This document shows positions 14,536-27,454 of a DNA stretch of 64,000 bases, in pieces. Origin of the DNA: Chara braunii (Eukaryota; Plantae; Charophyceae); contig BFEA01000004.1 in NCBI GenBank assembly GCA_003427395.1, positions 3,752,334 to 3,816,333 of the forward strand, written 5' to 3'. The translations under genes were made by a program, and so were the position numbers. Each line of letters begins with the position of its first letter. The first letter of the stretch is position 1. The notes under the pieces were generated by a model. That model was given only the letters and a program-made list of their open reading frames with translations. It did not search any database and was not told the origin of the DNA.

Positions 14536-17500
14536 TGAATAATCATACAAATAATCTCTATACTCTTAAAAGTTACAAAGGTCCACCATAATAGGTCAAC
14601 GTGGGCCCAACGAAAATCGACGCAGGGGTGCGTCGTCAGGGGTTCCGAAGGAGGGACTGGAAACGTGGGAATTTGATTCAGGGGCACGATCGCCAAAGCG
14701 GGTCCCGAGGGATGAACTAAAGATGTTGGTGAGTGAGGTTGGACGAGGTCGACAAAAGCGGCGAAGGGGGCATGAAGCGACACAAGGGGTGCGATGTGAA
14801 GTGAGGCGTGGAGGACAAAAGTGGTAAGGGGGGGGCGGCGAAGCAATACGAACGGGCAAATTTGTGTGGATCCACCCGGAACAAGAGCGAAGTCAAGCGG
14901 GGGGGGCCCTGGCACGTGAAACAAAAACAAGTGGCGGGAGAACGAGCAAGGAGCGAGCGTAACCGACCGATCGAACGACGACGGGGGCGACGAGAGTGTA
15001 TGCACGAGTGTACAAGTGTTGCATGGTGCAGAGGGTGGGAGCATGGTGCAGCGCGTGCAAGCAGAGAGGAGAATGAGGGAGAGTCATAAAGATGGTCCGA
15101 CAAGGAGAAACAACGAACGTGCAAACTCGGTTTGACGATGATAGTGCATGCAGGAGTGTGCATGTGGCGCATGGTGCAGCGGGCGTGAGCAAGGATGAAA
15201 ACGAGGAAGAGCGATTTTTCCTCTCATGCATTTTTTTTTTTTTTTTTTTNNNNNNNNNNNNNNNNNNNNNNNNNNNNNNNNNNNNNNNNNNNNNNNNNNN
15301 NNNNNNNNNNNNNNNNNNNNNNNNNNNNNNNNNNNNNNNNNNNNNNNNNNNNNNNNNNNNNNNNNNNNNNNNNNNNNNNNNNNNNNNNNNNNNNNNNNNN
15401 NNNNNNNNNNNNNNNNNNNNNNNNNNNNNNNNNNNNNNNNNNNNNNNNNNNNNNNNNCTCTCTCTTAACTTCTCTTTCTTTGCGTGTCATTTCCCCGACC
15501 CCGACCCCACCTTCTGCTCTGGTCCTCCCCCTTCCGCTGCTCCTTGTTGACCCGCCACCGGATCCCCCCCTTCTCACTTTCCGACCCCGATCTGGACTAT
15601 CAATCCAACGCGAGGAAACCCGGGGAGCGGTCGCCCACCACTCGTTGAAGCCAGGGGCTACAACGTCTGATACTCGCCACACCCGCATAAGAGGTCCTCA
15701 ACGACCAGCAGGGTGTCGGGGATTGCACAGCCTATCACGTCCCACTTTAAGCTGATCTTACGGCTGTTTTGTTCCATACAAAACTCATTCAAATTTTAAA
15801 TGATTTTTTTTTTTTTTTAGCCTATAAATGTGAGTTCCACTTGAAATGTGTTGGTAAGATGGACTCTACAGGATCTCGGATCGATGGGGGTAAAATTTTA
15901 ATTTACTTATTTCGGTGAAGGCAGAGATCCCCTTTGAAAAGCGAGGGCATTTTTTCGATTTTTCTTTTGGTGCAATGTCACATTTAAAACATTTACAACT
16001 GGTGGAATGTGTTAAACATTTGCAATGGGAAGATTAATGTCAATGATTTAAGCGAGTTGTAGGGTGTTGTAAGGAGCTTGTTGTTGACTAAGTAGTTTAT
16101 TATAATCTGATTGATGAGCTTCCACACCTGTCATCTCATAGACCAACAAGTTTTACAGGAGGATATTAATCAATTATCCGATTTTGTTGCAGTCTTTTCT
16201 TACCCTCTATGTTTGACATCCTTTCCGACCATGACCCCCCTTGCTCTGAAAAATCTCCCTCCTTCAGACCACGTATTTTCGTACCCAACCGGTGAAGAAG
16301 CTCGTGCCTTAGTCCTTTTGATCCCTGCATTGTCCTATCTTTGTGTAGGCATTAGGGCCAAGAGTTATGCTTATATATTGAACAATATGTATGAGATCTG
16401 CGCAAAAAGTAAATGACAACAGATCTCCAACAAGAGAATGGAAAGGAGCACCTCTTTAGCTTGTGTCCCCCCCACAGTCTGGACAATACCATGGAATACA
16501 CTGTCAAATGGTTTGTCTCTTCTGCACTGCTGGCCTCACCTGATCTCTCACCAGTAGAAGGCACGACGATTGCTCGACACTTATGTTTAGCGGTAGCTTT
16601 TCTTTTAGTGTATTCGGACGTTTTCCGACACAAGCCCTAGCAGCTTCCCAGAGGTGCAACTTCCTCTGCTCACACTTTGCCTCTCACTGTTTGCCTCGAG
16701 TCGCCTAGGTCTGATCCTCTCTTTCTCACGGACACACACGACCGATCTCACACGTACTCACTCGGTGTGCCTCTTCCCTTGGTTCACTCCTATAATTACT
16801 CTCTCTTTTTCTGTCTCACGCACGGGCACTCCCGCTCAGCTAATTAGTTCGCTGGATCAACTGAAATGCACATGAAACTGTCAGGAGCTAGATGTGTGCA
16901 ATAAAAAAAAAGATAATAATAAATAAAAATAAAAATAAAAAAATAACAATCAGACCCTCTCTCGATACATGCTCACTACCTTTCAATCTTTCCTCCACAT
17001 GCACTTCTTATTGCTTCATCTCGCTCTTCTGTTCGGAGTCATCAACCCTCCCTATGAGCACACTGTCTAGATCAAATTTTGAATGTAACTAGGCGCGGTC
17101 ACCAACAGACACATCCAATTAAAAAAAAAACAACAACAGTTTTTTACCTTTTGTCTTTTTCCCTAACGTTCTCTCCCTTTAATGTTTTTTCTCCCCTGCA
17201 TTCTCTGTGTCCCTTTTGCGTGCTCAGCATCACAAACCATTGAATGAATGCGACAGGCAACTCACACTTGGTTCATTCGTTCCATATATGTATAAAAGTT
17301 CCCTTTATTTGTTTCTTTCAAATTCGGATAAACCTTCTCTACTACCGTCCTTTCCGAACGGAACACACGAACATCAAGGTTATAGTTGGGGGAATTTTCT
17401 CTCCATATTCAATAATTTCACACAGTCCTCGGGACTGTATTGGACTGTATTCGCTCAATTAGTACGATGCATTTGATACTGCTCTCTTCTGATTAGAACA

Positions 17501-17845
17501 CACGGTCTTCAACGCAATGTCTGGAAGCTCGTGCGCAAGTTCAAGACCAAGAGTCAGGGAAAACAAAAATAGGGTTGAAAGGTCGAAACGTTGGGCATAA
17601 AAGGGCAAATAGATTAAACCTCTATCAGCCCCGAAACTAAGGTTAGTATTAGCGGGTAAGCAGGCGGAAAACTGGGGTCAAGCAGGTCACTCTATTTTCC
17701 AAGTGCGAATGAGGTAAATGAGATCCCAAAAATAGGCCCACTTAGCCGATACTAATCCCAAAATCTCAATTTCAGGTGGCGGACAAACTTTGGCCTCCCG
17801 ACACTAGGACCGGACACGTGCCATTTGCATTTGCAAGTGGAGTTT

Positions 17846-17938
<93 letters not shown>

Positions 17939-18929
17939 AACACATCAGCACACATGACATTTTCCCCTTCCACGTGGTTCATCAGTTCAAGTATTATTTC
18001 CCTCTCTCTCTCTTTTCTTAAACGGGTGATGACATCTTTGTCTAAAAATTCGAATAAGTCGACGTGCTTTGTTTTTCTTTTTTCTTATGATCCCTTCGCA
18101 AATCTCACTTGTGTTTTTTTTTCATTTTTTTTTTTCTCAAACAGAAATCAAGAAAACTCGATATGTATACTCAACTTACTAGACTTTTCGCAAATTCCAC
18201 CATATTGCGCTTCCCCCCCCCCTCCCCCCCCCAAAAAAAAACATGGCTCAATCGTATTTTTTGAACAACAAAGCACCTTCACCGCACCGTTTTTTTTTCC
18301 TTTCCATATGTTTTTTTTTTTTTTTTTTTTTGGTAAATTTCATCAGTTTTTTTTTTTTTTTTCCAAATAGAAAATCCACAGAATTTCACAGCTAAACTCA
18401 TCTTACTATATTTTTCGGACAAGGCCTCATTTTTTTCACACGAAAAAAAACAACAACATGATAACATGATGGTTTCTACATCAGGGAAAAACATTTTTTT
18501 ATGGACAAGGAAAAATTATATTCCAAATTTTATCAGCATTTTTTTTTCCACTTTTATTTTCAAAAAGAAAAATTTGGACTGCTCGATAACAAAACTTTCT
18601 TTCCAAACAAAAATTTTAACATCCATGCAGATAAGATGAATAAAAAAGGTTGATAAATTGTCACATTTCCCCTGATTTTGTGATTTTACCTTTCGGTGTC
18701 TTCGATAACAATTGTTTTGATAGTTATTGTCGCAAGGTAGTTGCAGAGAGTGGCATTGTATATATAAAGGAGAAGGCATGTAGTTGAGTCATTTACTTTG
18801 AAAGGAAAACCGTCACAACATGATTTATCCAGATCATTAAAATAAAATAAAAAAACACTAAATTGAACCACACACTCTGGAACGTGAGCGACTTAGTGGG
18901 TTAGCCATTCAAATAATAAAAGGATTATG

Positions 18930-19350
18930 CAACTAGACCATCTACTATAAAACGAAAATGGTTGTGAAGCTTATGACACACGTTGGAAACTAAGAGAATG
19001 GAACGACCAAAGTTTGGTCACCAATCCAATCATTTTTAAACAAGATTGGTCATGAATTTTAACCACACAAATCATCATAATTAAGAAATCACTTAACCGC
19101 TTCATTTGCTCTACAACCATAATGGTTAGGTCGTTTAATTATTCATATAACAAAAAATGTAAGTAACACCCAACCGAATCATGTACTATGCAACGAGAAT
19201 GATTATGTCTGTTAGTTATTCAAGTAACAAAAAATGTGAGTACCCAGCCATACCATTTACTCTGAAACGGGAATGGTTGCGATCTCACAATGAAAACCAG
19301 AAGAGAAACATTACCATATAACCTACTATAAAACAAGAATGATTGTGTGG
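18930..19350 (+). repeat. Second cluster of the same ACCATCTACTATAAAACGAGAAT motif
   Basis: Copies near 18936, 19177, 19252 and 19320, in the same orientation as the 13.1-14.5 kb cluster. Confidence 0.65.
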
Positions 19351-19773
19351 GTTAAAATTTAAATAACTCAACATAACCAATTCATTCTTCATTCATTATT
19401 TTAACTTAATTTACATTTTCAATACTACAACATCCTATAAATAATATATAGACAATTAATTGAATTGATTTTTTCTTTTTTATAATGATAATAATACAAT
19501 AAAGAGGTTCGCTTTTCATAATCAATTTGATTTCNGATGGAAATAAATAGCAACATAATTCATTTGGATTTGAAAAAAGTATTTTCTTTTGTTAGTCAAT
19601 AAATTTATACGACTTTGCTAAGGTATTTGAACAATACACTATTTGATTATTTCTTCTATTTTTTCTCACAGATATATTTATTTTATTTTTATCTAGGTTT
19701 CCTAGCACAACTGTCAAACTCACCCTATTTTCCTGGACGACCCGATCATGCAAGGACTAGGGAAGGTTCCAGC

Positions 19774-20122
19774 CTATGTAGCATCGTGTTCGGGGTCGGT
19801 GACCGAACCCGAACGTTCGCGAACTAACGCGAACGAGCGCCAAAACCCTCCAAACGTGAATATAAAAATATGTATATTTTTTTAATATAAATATATATAT
19901 ATATATATATATATGTTCTGACAGTTCTGTAAAATAATAATACAAACAACTTTGTTTCGGATGTATGCTTAAATTTGTAACCAAACTCGAGTTGAAAATC
20001 TAAAACCATTTTTTTTTTTTTTTAAATATGTTCAGCCGAACACGTTCGGGAGGCGTTCGGTCAAACACCCGAACATGTTCGGACGTTTGGAAAACTCCGA
20101 ATATGTTCAGTGTGCTACATAG
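19774..20122. mobile_element. hAT-type MITE
   Basis: TIR CTATGTAGCA...TGCTACATAG; flanks GTTCCAGC/GTCCCAAC (6/8, decayed 8-bp TSD); subterminal CCGAAC/GTTCGG motifs. Confidence 0.8.
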
Positions 20123-20419
20123 GTCCCAACCAAAAAACAAACAAACAAATAAATCCCAAACAAATGAAAAAACAACTATGTTATGGAGAAAATTAAATTG
20201 AACAACGTTTACCTCATAATCACATCGAACTTCTTTATCGTATTTTTAATTTTTTAATTTTTTATTTTTTGTCCGGTCGGGCAAGTGGACCCGAACCACT
20301 CTGGTAGCCTAGATGTTTCTTAAGTTTAATTATCTATCTATCGATCTATTATCTATCTATTTATCTATCTATCTATATATATATACATATATATCGTCAT
20401 ATACATATATATATAAGCA

Positions 20420-20503
20420 ATGGAACAGGCATTCGGGATAGGCCGAATGCCCGAACGTACGGGACCCCTTAGGGACACGTTCGGTTATTCGGGCCAAATG
20501 GAG

Positions 20504-20538
<35 letters not shown>

Positions 20539-21163
20539 NAAAAAAGTTATAAAAAAAAAAATAATAATAATATTTGCTCGAGCATTACATCAAAATTCCT
20601 TACCAAATTTGAAATAAAAATAAAATATAAAAAATAAAACTAGTAATAAAAATAAAAAAAATAAAAAGTGAATTAAAATTAGTCAGTGAGACGACACATT
20701 TTCGGCACCGCGATCTTTGACGATTTTTCATTTGTTTTTGGCATAGCCAAATGCCTAGAAAACTTACAGATGTGTATTTCACATGATAAAAAACTCATTG
20801 AAAAAGTTTCAAAAAATAATATTTTTTTTTAGGCCCCGCAATAAAGTGAAAACAAAAAGTAAAAAGTGAAACAAAATAAAATAGTGAGTGGGCGAGCGTG
20901 TTTTAACACCGCCATCTTTAGAGATTTTTAATTTTTATTTGGCTTAGCGAAATGACTTCAAAATTTATAGGCATGTACTAGTACCTCATATCATAGAAAA
21001 ATCATAAAAAAACATTCAGAAAAACAAACTTATTGTTAGGCCCCGAAATAATGTTTTAGCGAGGGCCAAACGCCTTCGGGTTCGGACCTCGAATTGGACC
21101 CCGAATGGGCGTACGTACGGAGGTCGGTCCGGGGACCTCCGTACATACGGGCTGGTGACCCTG
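20420..21163. mobile_element. Probable non-autonomous DNA transposon remnant
   Basis: Right end ...CTGGTGACCCTG (CAGGG-type terminus), CCGAA/CGTACG motifs at both ends, internal ~200-bp duplication (20685-20845 vs 20885-21050). Left TIR and TSD not found. Confidence 0.45.
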
Positions 21164-21811
21164 TAAATAAGTATTCTTCTATATTTTGTACGTTAGTTAT
21201 AAAATGAGTTAATATTCATTATAGTCTTATGTGGCAAAAATGAAGGAAAACAACGACCTACCTTTCTGTTCCCCGCATCCAAAGCTCCTCGTAGACTCCA
21301 TCGAAGCTTCTACAATCCAGTGGGTGGTGTGAGACCTCGTGAAGAAGATAGTAATACTCTGGAATCTAATCATAACGATACACTCATTAGAGTTGTAGCA
21401 CCCCAATGAACATAATTTGTGTGGTCACAATGTGTTAACAACACTCTGACTGATCTCCAACCTATTGTAGCAATAACAACCTCCCTCTGGATATAACTAC
21501 AATAGTTGGTGTGGCATAACAACTTTGGGTCATAATGGGAATAACTATCGGACTGACCCACCCTCAACCCAATGTTAACCATGTACAAGAGTCTGAATAA
21601 TAACATCAAATTAAAACCTCCTCCTTAATAACAATAAAATCTTACATACCCCTAACACACATGTTGCAGCTTAGCGGTAAAAGTAGTAGGTATATTCATA
21701 ACGCGATAAAAATGCTTCAAGGTTGTTTTAAATCATTAAGATAAGAAAGCAATCGGTTGTCACCCTTGTTGATACTAATACTCAATGATTGCTTGATCCA
21801 ATAACTTCAGG

Positions 21812-22193
21812 TGTCGAGCGCATCAGTCCCACAGAGGCACCGCCCACGACCGTGTTTACGTAGGATTGGCAGAATGGTGGAGCGCATGAATGAAAGAAGC
21901 AGCAATGTTGTGGTCGAGTGTGCCAACTATACCTCCATCAAGTCCCTACAACATGATAGGGCCTCCCGTGGTACAATTTAACTCCACCTGCGAGAGTTGT
22001 CACCATCCTTTAGGTGGGTGTATCCCTGCCTAGCTACTGAACCACACACGGAAGTTTTTCTATGTAATCACAGAGGAGGCTTTGTTGAGGGCATTTCTCG
22101 TATGCTGTAGCATAGTAGGAGGTACTCGCGGTCAATGCTTACATCAAACCCGTACGTGAACCACCACGTGGGGCGTTGATCTCTTACGGACGA
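21812..22193 (-). mobile_element. Diverged copy of the shared terminal domain of TGTCG-ended modules
   Basis: Starts TGTCGAGCGCATC as at 27455 and aligns by eye to 27455-27850. Broken at 22194 by TGTCG...AATACTCTTACAAGGGTATT, which resembles the end at 61290. Confidence 0.7.
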
Positions 22194-22860
22194 TGTCGTA
22201 TTAAATACTCTTACAAGGGTATTTGGCGTACTTTTGCAGGTCACACCAGGGAGGCGTCGGTCATCGTTGACGACGCCTTTCGTAGCCAAGGCGTGGTCGT
22301 CACCTCAATGCCGAACTCGATATCGGATTGAGTCGATGTGTGGATAAGCGACGTGCCGATGCTCGCATGTCGGCCACAGATGCACGCAGTGGACTCGTGC
22401 GTGCGAAAAGAAGTTGACCTTTCATTTTACTGGGCGGCGTGCGTAGTATGTATAATTGTCAAAGCAAAATTCCTTGAGGCTTAGCCATGCATGGTGTCCG
22501 AGGCCAACGGCGGTGTAGCATCAGTGTGGTGAGCGGCTTGCCAGAGGCAAAACATTGCCTAAGCCCCAACGCGGCAAAGAGCGAGAGTTCACCGACTGCG
22601 GGTTCGGTCAGTGGGCCGAGGTAAGATCTCGGTGCATTTTCCATGTCCGGCCGTGAGGTCGATACCGTTTGTATTAATAACTGCGTGTGCTAATCCCAAC
22701 CTTGGACCTAGCACTATTGCTTATGGTGTCGGACTTTCATCAGACAAATCTAAGGATCAAGGCCGGTTACTGGCGACGATTGAAGAAGTTGAGCTGTTGA
22801 GAGTCATGCAGGACTATCCCCTTTGGTTTTGTTGTTGGGCCAGGCGGCTGGCCTGACCAG
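22194..22860 (+). mobile_element. Diverged relative of the left end of module E
   Basis: Shares the terminal palindrome and the GGTGTCGGACTTTCATC segment with 61290-61870. Right boundary unclear. Confidence 0.55.
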
Positions 22861-23515
22861 AGCGACCAAGTAGGTGCCACGACCTCTCCCCCTCGCTTCT
22901 ACGACTCTTACAATTTTTTTCAAACTTTTTGAAGTCCCATTTTTTGGGACGAACCCGGTACCAGTATTGGTACCGAGACCGACGGTGGAATTGATGGGCC
23001 TCACTCAGTTGGTACGCTCCTGATCTGTTGAAAAGCAGACCTTAGCTCAAACTATTGGAAGCAGGTGGGTAAAATACTGTCATTCCGAATTGCCCGCTGT
23101 AGGCCAGTGAAACGATAAAGGGGGTAGCTGCAGACATGAGCTGCTGTGGCCGACATTGTGGCGGGGAGCGACTGAAACCCCCACAAGTGGCTCTCCTAAC
23201 AGTCGGGGACCTTGAGCACGGGCCTCTTTTGGCAAGCCCGGGCTCGGTGCAAATACCGTTTATAAAGATTTTGCCACTGGTCTTGGGTGCGAGGCCATCA
23301 ATTGTTGAAACACAAACCGAGTTCGGAGTCCAGCGGGACCAGACGAGTAAGAAGTTATAATTCTTAATTATCAGGGGTCAGTCAGTTCCACAACTGTGTC
23401 TCGAGGATATTGCTCCATCACAATTATTTTGGGACGCTAACATTTGAATAGTACGAAGTAGGTTAGCATGGCCCCTCCGCAAGGATTACGATATAATAAC
23501 GGGACGAGGTTCTGC

Positions 23516-25020
23516 TATCCAACACATCGGCTCTCGCCCTTTCCGCAAAAGGCGAGAGCCCTCCCAACCATGTCACGCATGAGTAAGAACAAAAACAAAA
23601 TGAGAGACAACTTGAGGACAACACATAAATAATCCCGCGGCCGCGAAGACGGACGTGGTCACATTGCCACTTCGTCGCTCTAGCCACGTGCGCTAGTTGT
23701 ACTTCCCTCGGTCCCTTACAACAGGATACGTTCCCGCGGGGCACAACTTGCCTTCCGTAAGGGGATGTCACTACCCTTAGGGGTGTATCCCCACCGAGCT
23801 ATTGACCCACGAACGAAAGTTTTTAGATGCAATCGCAAAGGTAGATGAGATGAGGGCATTTGCTCGATTCACTTCAGTATAAGAAACACTTGGTTAAACA
23901 CCAAGTGAACCCAAACGTCGTTCACCCCTTGGGGCGTTGGTCCCCTAAGTACAAATCAGACACCGGTCGGTTAAGAGGGTCTCAACCAAACGTGAAACCC
24001 TTAACTCAATCGTAGTCTCTTTAGACACTAGTAAAAAAAAAAATTATAACAACCACATATAATTACATCAAAAGGAATAAACCGTGGTCGATAGGAAGGT
24101 ATATCCAATCTGAAATGATAACTGAAAGAAATCCAATCATCATATGGTACATCTAATAACACAAGATCAAAATAAAACCGGACCATCTTAGGTCGAACTC
24201 CATGGATAAAAAAATCATACGTAGTTGCCAACGAGGAGCTGACTCCAACAGTAACCTCGATGCTGCCGACAAGGTAGTTGGTCTCGCTCAATTTTGACTC
24301 GATGAGGCGCGCTGCCAAAGTCAATCATTCCAACCTACTGTCGACTTAAGATTAGACACGCATACCCATCTTCATACATTTATAATCTTCTTGGATGACC
24401 GACTACTTCATGAATGATTCTTGATTAGGTGCATTACTTGAAGTGTGGCATATCTCACCCTCTAGGAAATGGTTTGGGGTACTCCTCCTCCTCGCCCGAG
24501 CACAAAACTTGGATATCAGAAGTTGGACTGTCTCCACCGAATCGGCAAAGTACCCCTCCGTAGAACGGTCCACTCTAGGTCGATAATAAGACCATCTCCT
24601 AAAGCAACGAACCCCCACCCCAGATTCTTCCTAAAGAGAAAATGTGTCCTCCACGTGTATATTTCAATTGTTCTTGTTTTTTCATACGTTCGTGGTAACA
24701 TAAACGAAGAAAGTAAGAGGAGGTAGAAACTGAAAATCATTTGAACGGGTATAGATAAATGAGATCCTTCGAGATAGAACGGATATATCTCAGGTAAATG
24801 CTAAGTCCAATTGACTTCATCTTTATTATATTCACGAGTTTGTTTTTACGTTACCCGTTGAAATTATTCACTTCGAAATGGAAGTGCTTTTGATATGTAG
24901 GCAGGTGAAAAACAAAAAATATGACAATCATTTTTTTTGTCCCAAATAGGTATAAACCAATTTCCTTTGCAAACATCTTTTTACCTACCTGCATACTTAA
25001 AAAAACTACAGATTTAGAAA
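23516..25020 (-). mobile_element. Distal part of module XY, ending in a decayed shared terminal domain
   Basis: 23930-25020 is the reverse complement of 47375-48457 (~75-80%). 23516 TATCCAACACATCGG resembles a decayed TGTCGAGCGCATCGG. Confidence 0.7.
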
Positions 25021-26660
25021 CAGGTTGTTTTCACAGTGTTCCGACTCTTCACTACTTCATGACTCTTCGAGATTTTCGGACGACCTAAATAGTTGTTAAG
25101 ATAAATTGTTTTCAGGGTGTTCAAACTCTTCACCACTTAAGGATTGTTCATGATTTTTGGTTTGTCTAAACAGGTTGCTTTCAAACTGTTCAGACCCTTC
25201 ATTACTTAAGGGTTGTTTGAGATTCTTAGAGTTCTTAAACAATTATCAAAATAGATTGTGTTCAGGGTGTTTAGACCCTTCACTACTTCAGGATTGTTCG
25301 ATATTTTCAGACTGCCTTAACAGGTTGTTTTCACGGTGTTCATAACCTTCACGAATTTAGGACAGTTCAAGGTTTCCAGATTACCTAAACATTTGTCAAG
25401 ATAGATTGTTTTCAAGATGTTCGGACCCTTAACCACTTCAGGATTGTTCGGGATTGTCAGCCTGCTTTAACAAACTGTTTTCAAGGTGTTCAGACCCTTC
25501 ACCACTTTAGGACCGTTCGGGATCTTAAGACTGCCTAAATAATTGTCAAGATATATTATTTTCAGGGTGTTTGAACCCTTCACCAGTTCGAGATTGTTCA
25601 TAATTTCCAAACCGCCTAAACAAGTTTTTTTAGGGTGTTCAGACCCTTTACCACTTTAGGACCGTTCAAGATTTGCGGACTGCTTAAACAGTTGCTAATA
25701 TAGGTTATTTTCAGGGTGTTCAGACTCGTCACCACTTCAAGATCGTTTATAAATTTTATGTTGCCTAAACATTTTGCTTTCAGGATGTTTAGACCCTTCG
25801 CCACTTCAGGATTGTTCAAGATTTTTTGACTGCTTAAACAATTGCCAAGATAGGTAGTCTGAAAATCCCAAACTATCATGAAGTGGTGAACGGTCTGATC
25901 ACCCCGAAAACAACCAGTTTAGGCAGTCTGAAAATCCCAAACCATCCTGAAGTGGTGAAGGGTCTGAATACCTTGAAAACAACCTATTTAGGTAGTCTGA
26001 AAATATCGGATTATCCTAAAGTGGTGAAGAGTCTGAACAACTTGTTTCAATTTGAAAATCATGAATCATCCCAAAGTGGTGAAGGGTCTGAACGCCCTTA
26101 GAAGAACCTTTCACTATATGAAAATCGAAAAAATATTTTTGAGGGTTGTTTTTATGGTGTTCATCCCTTCACTACTTCAGGGTTGTTTGGGGTTTCCAGA
26201 CTATCTAAACAGGTTGCTTTCGGGATGTTCAGACCTCTTAGCACTTCAAGATTGTTTGGGATTTTCGGACTCCCTAAACAGTTGTCAAGATAGGTTGTTT
26301 TCAGGGTATTTCAAACCCTTTACCACTTAAGGATCACTCATGAATTTCATGCTGTCTAAATAAGTTGTTTTTAGCGTGTTCAAACCCTTCAGCACTTCAT
26401 GATCGTTCGAGATTTTCAGATTGTCTAAACAGTTGCCACAATAGGCAGTCTGAAAACCCGAACCATCCTAAAGTGGTGAGCGGTGTGAACACCCCGAAAG
26501 AAACTTGTTTATGCAGTCTGAAAATTATGAACCATCCTGAAGTGGTGAAGAGTCTGAACACCCTGATAGCAATCTGTTTAGGAACTCTAAACATCCCGAA
26601 CCATCTTGAAGTGGTGAAGGTTATGAACACGCTGAAAACAACATTTCACTCTGTGAAAAT
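25021..26660. repeat. Satellite of alternating 81/69-bp monomers (150-bp dimer) with internal inversions
   Basis: Core GTTTTCAGGGTGTTCAGACCCTTCACCACTTCAGG at 25027, 25108, 25177, 25258, 25327, 25408, 25477, 25558 and onward. Orientation flips at ~25850, ~26130 and ~26441. Confidence 0.92.
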
Positions 26661-26734
26661 AATCAGGAAGTCTTCACACAACTGAAAAATATATAACTTT
26701 TAACAGTGGCGTCCGTTTATGAAAAACAATTTTT

Positions 26735-27454
26735 CTCTCAGGCGCGATAGCAAAGAAGATGCCACAATATTCCGCATCGAGATGGACACAACTTATTTTA
26801 TTTATCCAACCACGTGGTTGGAGACACCAAAATTGACGAACTCAAGATGGGACACCGCCTGTCGTGAAAGGGGGTCACTGGGGAGGACCAACCCTTGGTC
26901 AACCCCAACCATGTCTACGAGACGCAGTTGAACGGGTTCGTGAATGTGAGGTGTGGATAGGATTAGGAACTAGACACATTCGATCAGGAAAGAAATAGTG
27001 TTTTCTTATGTATTGCGTTGAATAAGAGTGCACATACCAGGGCTCGAAGAGAGAGAACCAGGCCACAAAGTGGCAACATCACATGAACCGCAATTTGCGT
27101 TTTCTTCCAACCTGACAGTTGGAATCCCATTTCGGGATCAGAGTATTTGGTGGAACTGGTGAACCATTCAGGTCGAATGAGACAAAGGGTAGAGACTCAC
27201 CTCAGACCCCTACTCACTTGAGGTTTTCCTTTAACTGAAGTTATTGCTTTATTCGCCTTAATGATGACTTTCTTAATCTTATGGGCAACCACGACACTAC
27301 AAAATGAATTACTCCTTTGCACTATTTATTCTCTCAGGCGTGATAGCGAAGGAGACGCTGGAGTAGTTCGCAGCGAGATGCACATGACATATTTTATTTA
27401 TCCAACCGCGTGGTTGGAGATACCGAGAATGACGAACTCAAGATGGGGACCACC
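26735..27454 (-). repeat. ~600-bp tandem unit (about 1.2 copies), inverted copy of 60468-61289
   Basis: 26735-26860 repeats at 27330-27454; the block is the reverse complement of the 60.5-61.3 kb block. Confidence 0.85.

Noticed and set aside
25021-26660. Interstitial telomere (TTCAGGG/TTTAGG motifs)
   Set aside because: The motifs are isolated within long monomers, not tandem heptamers.
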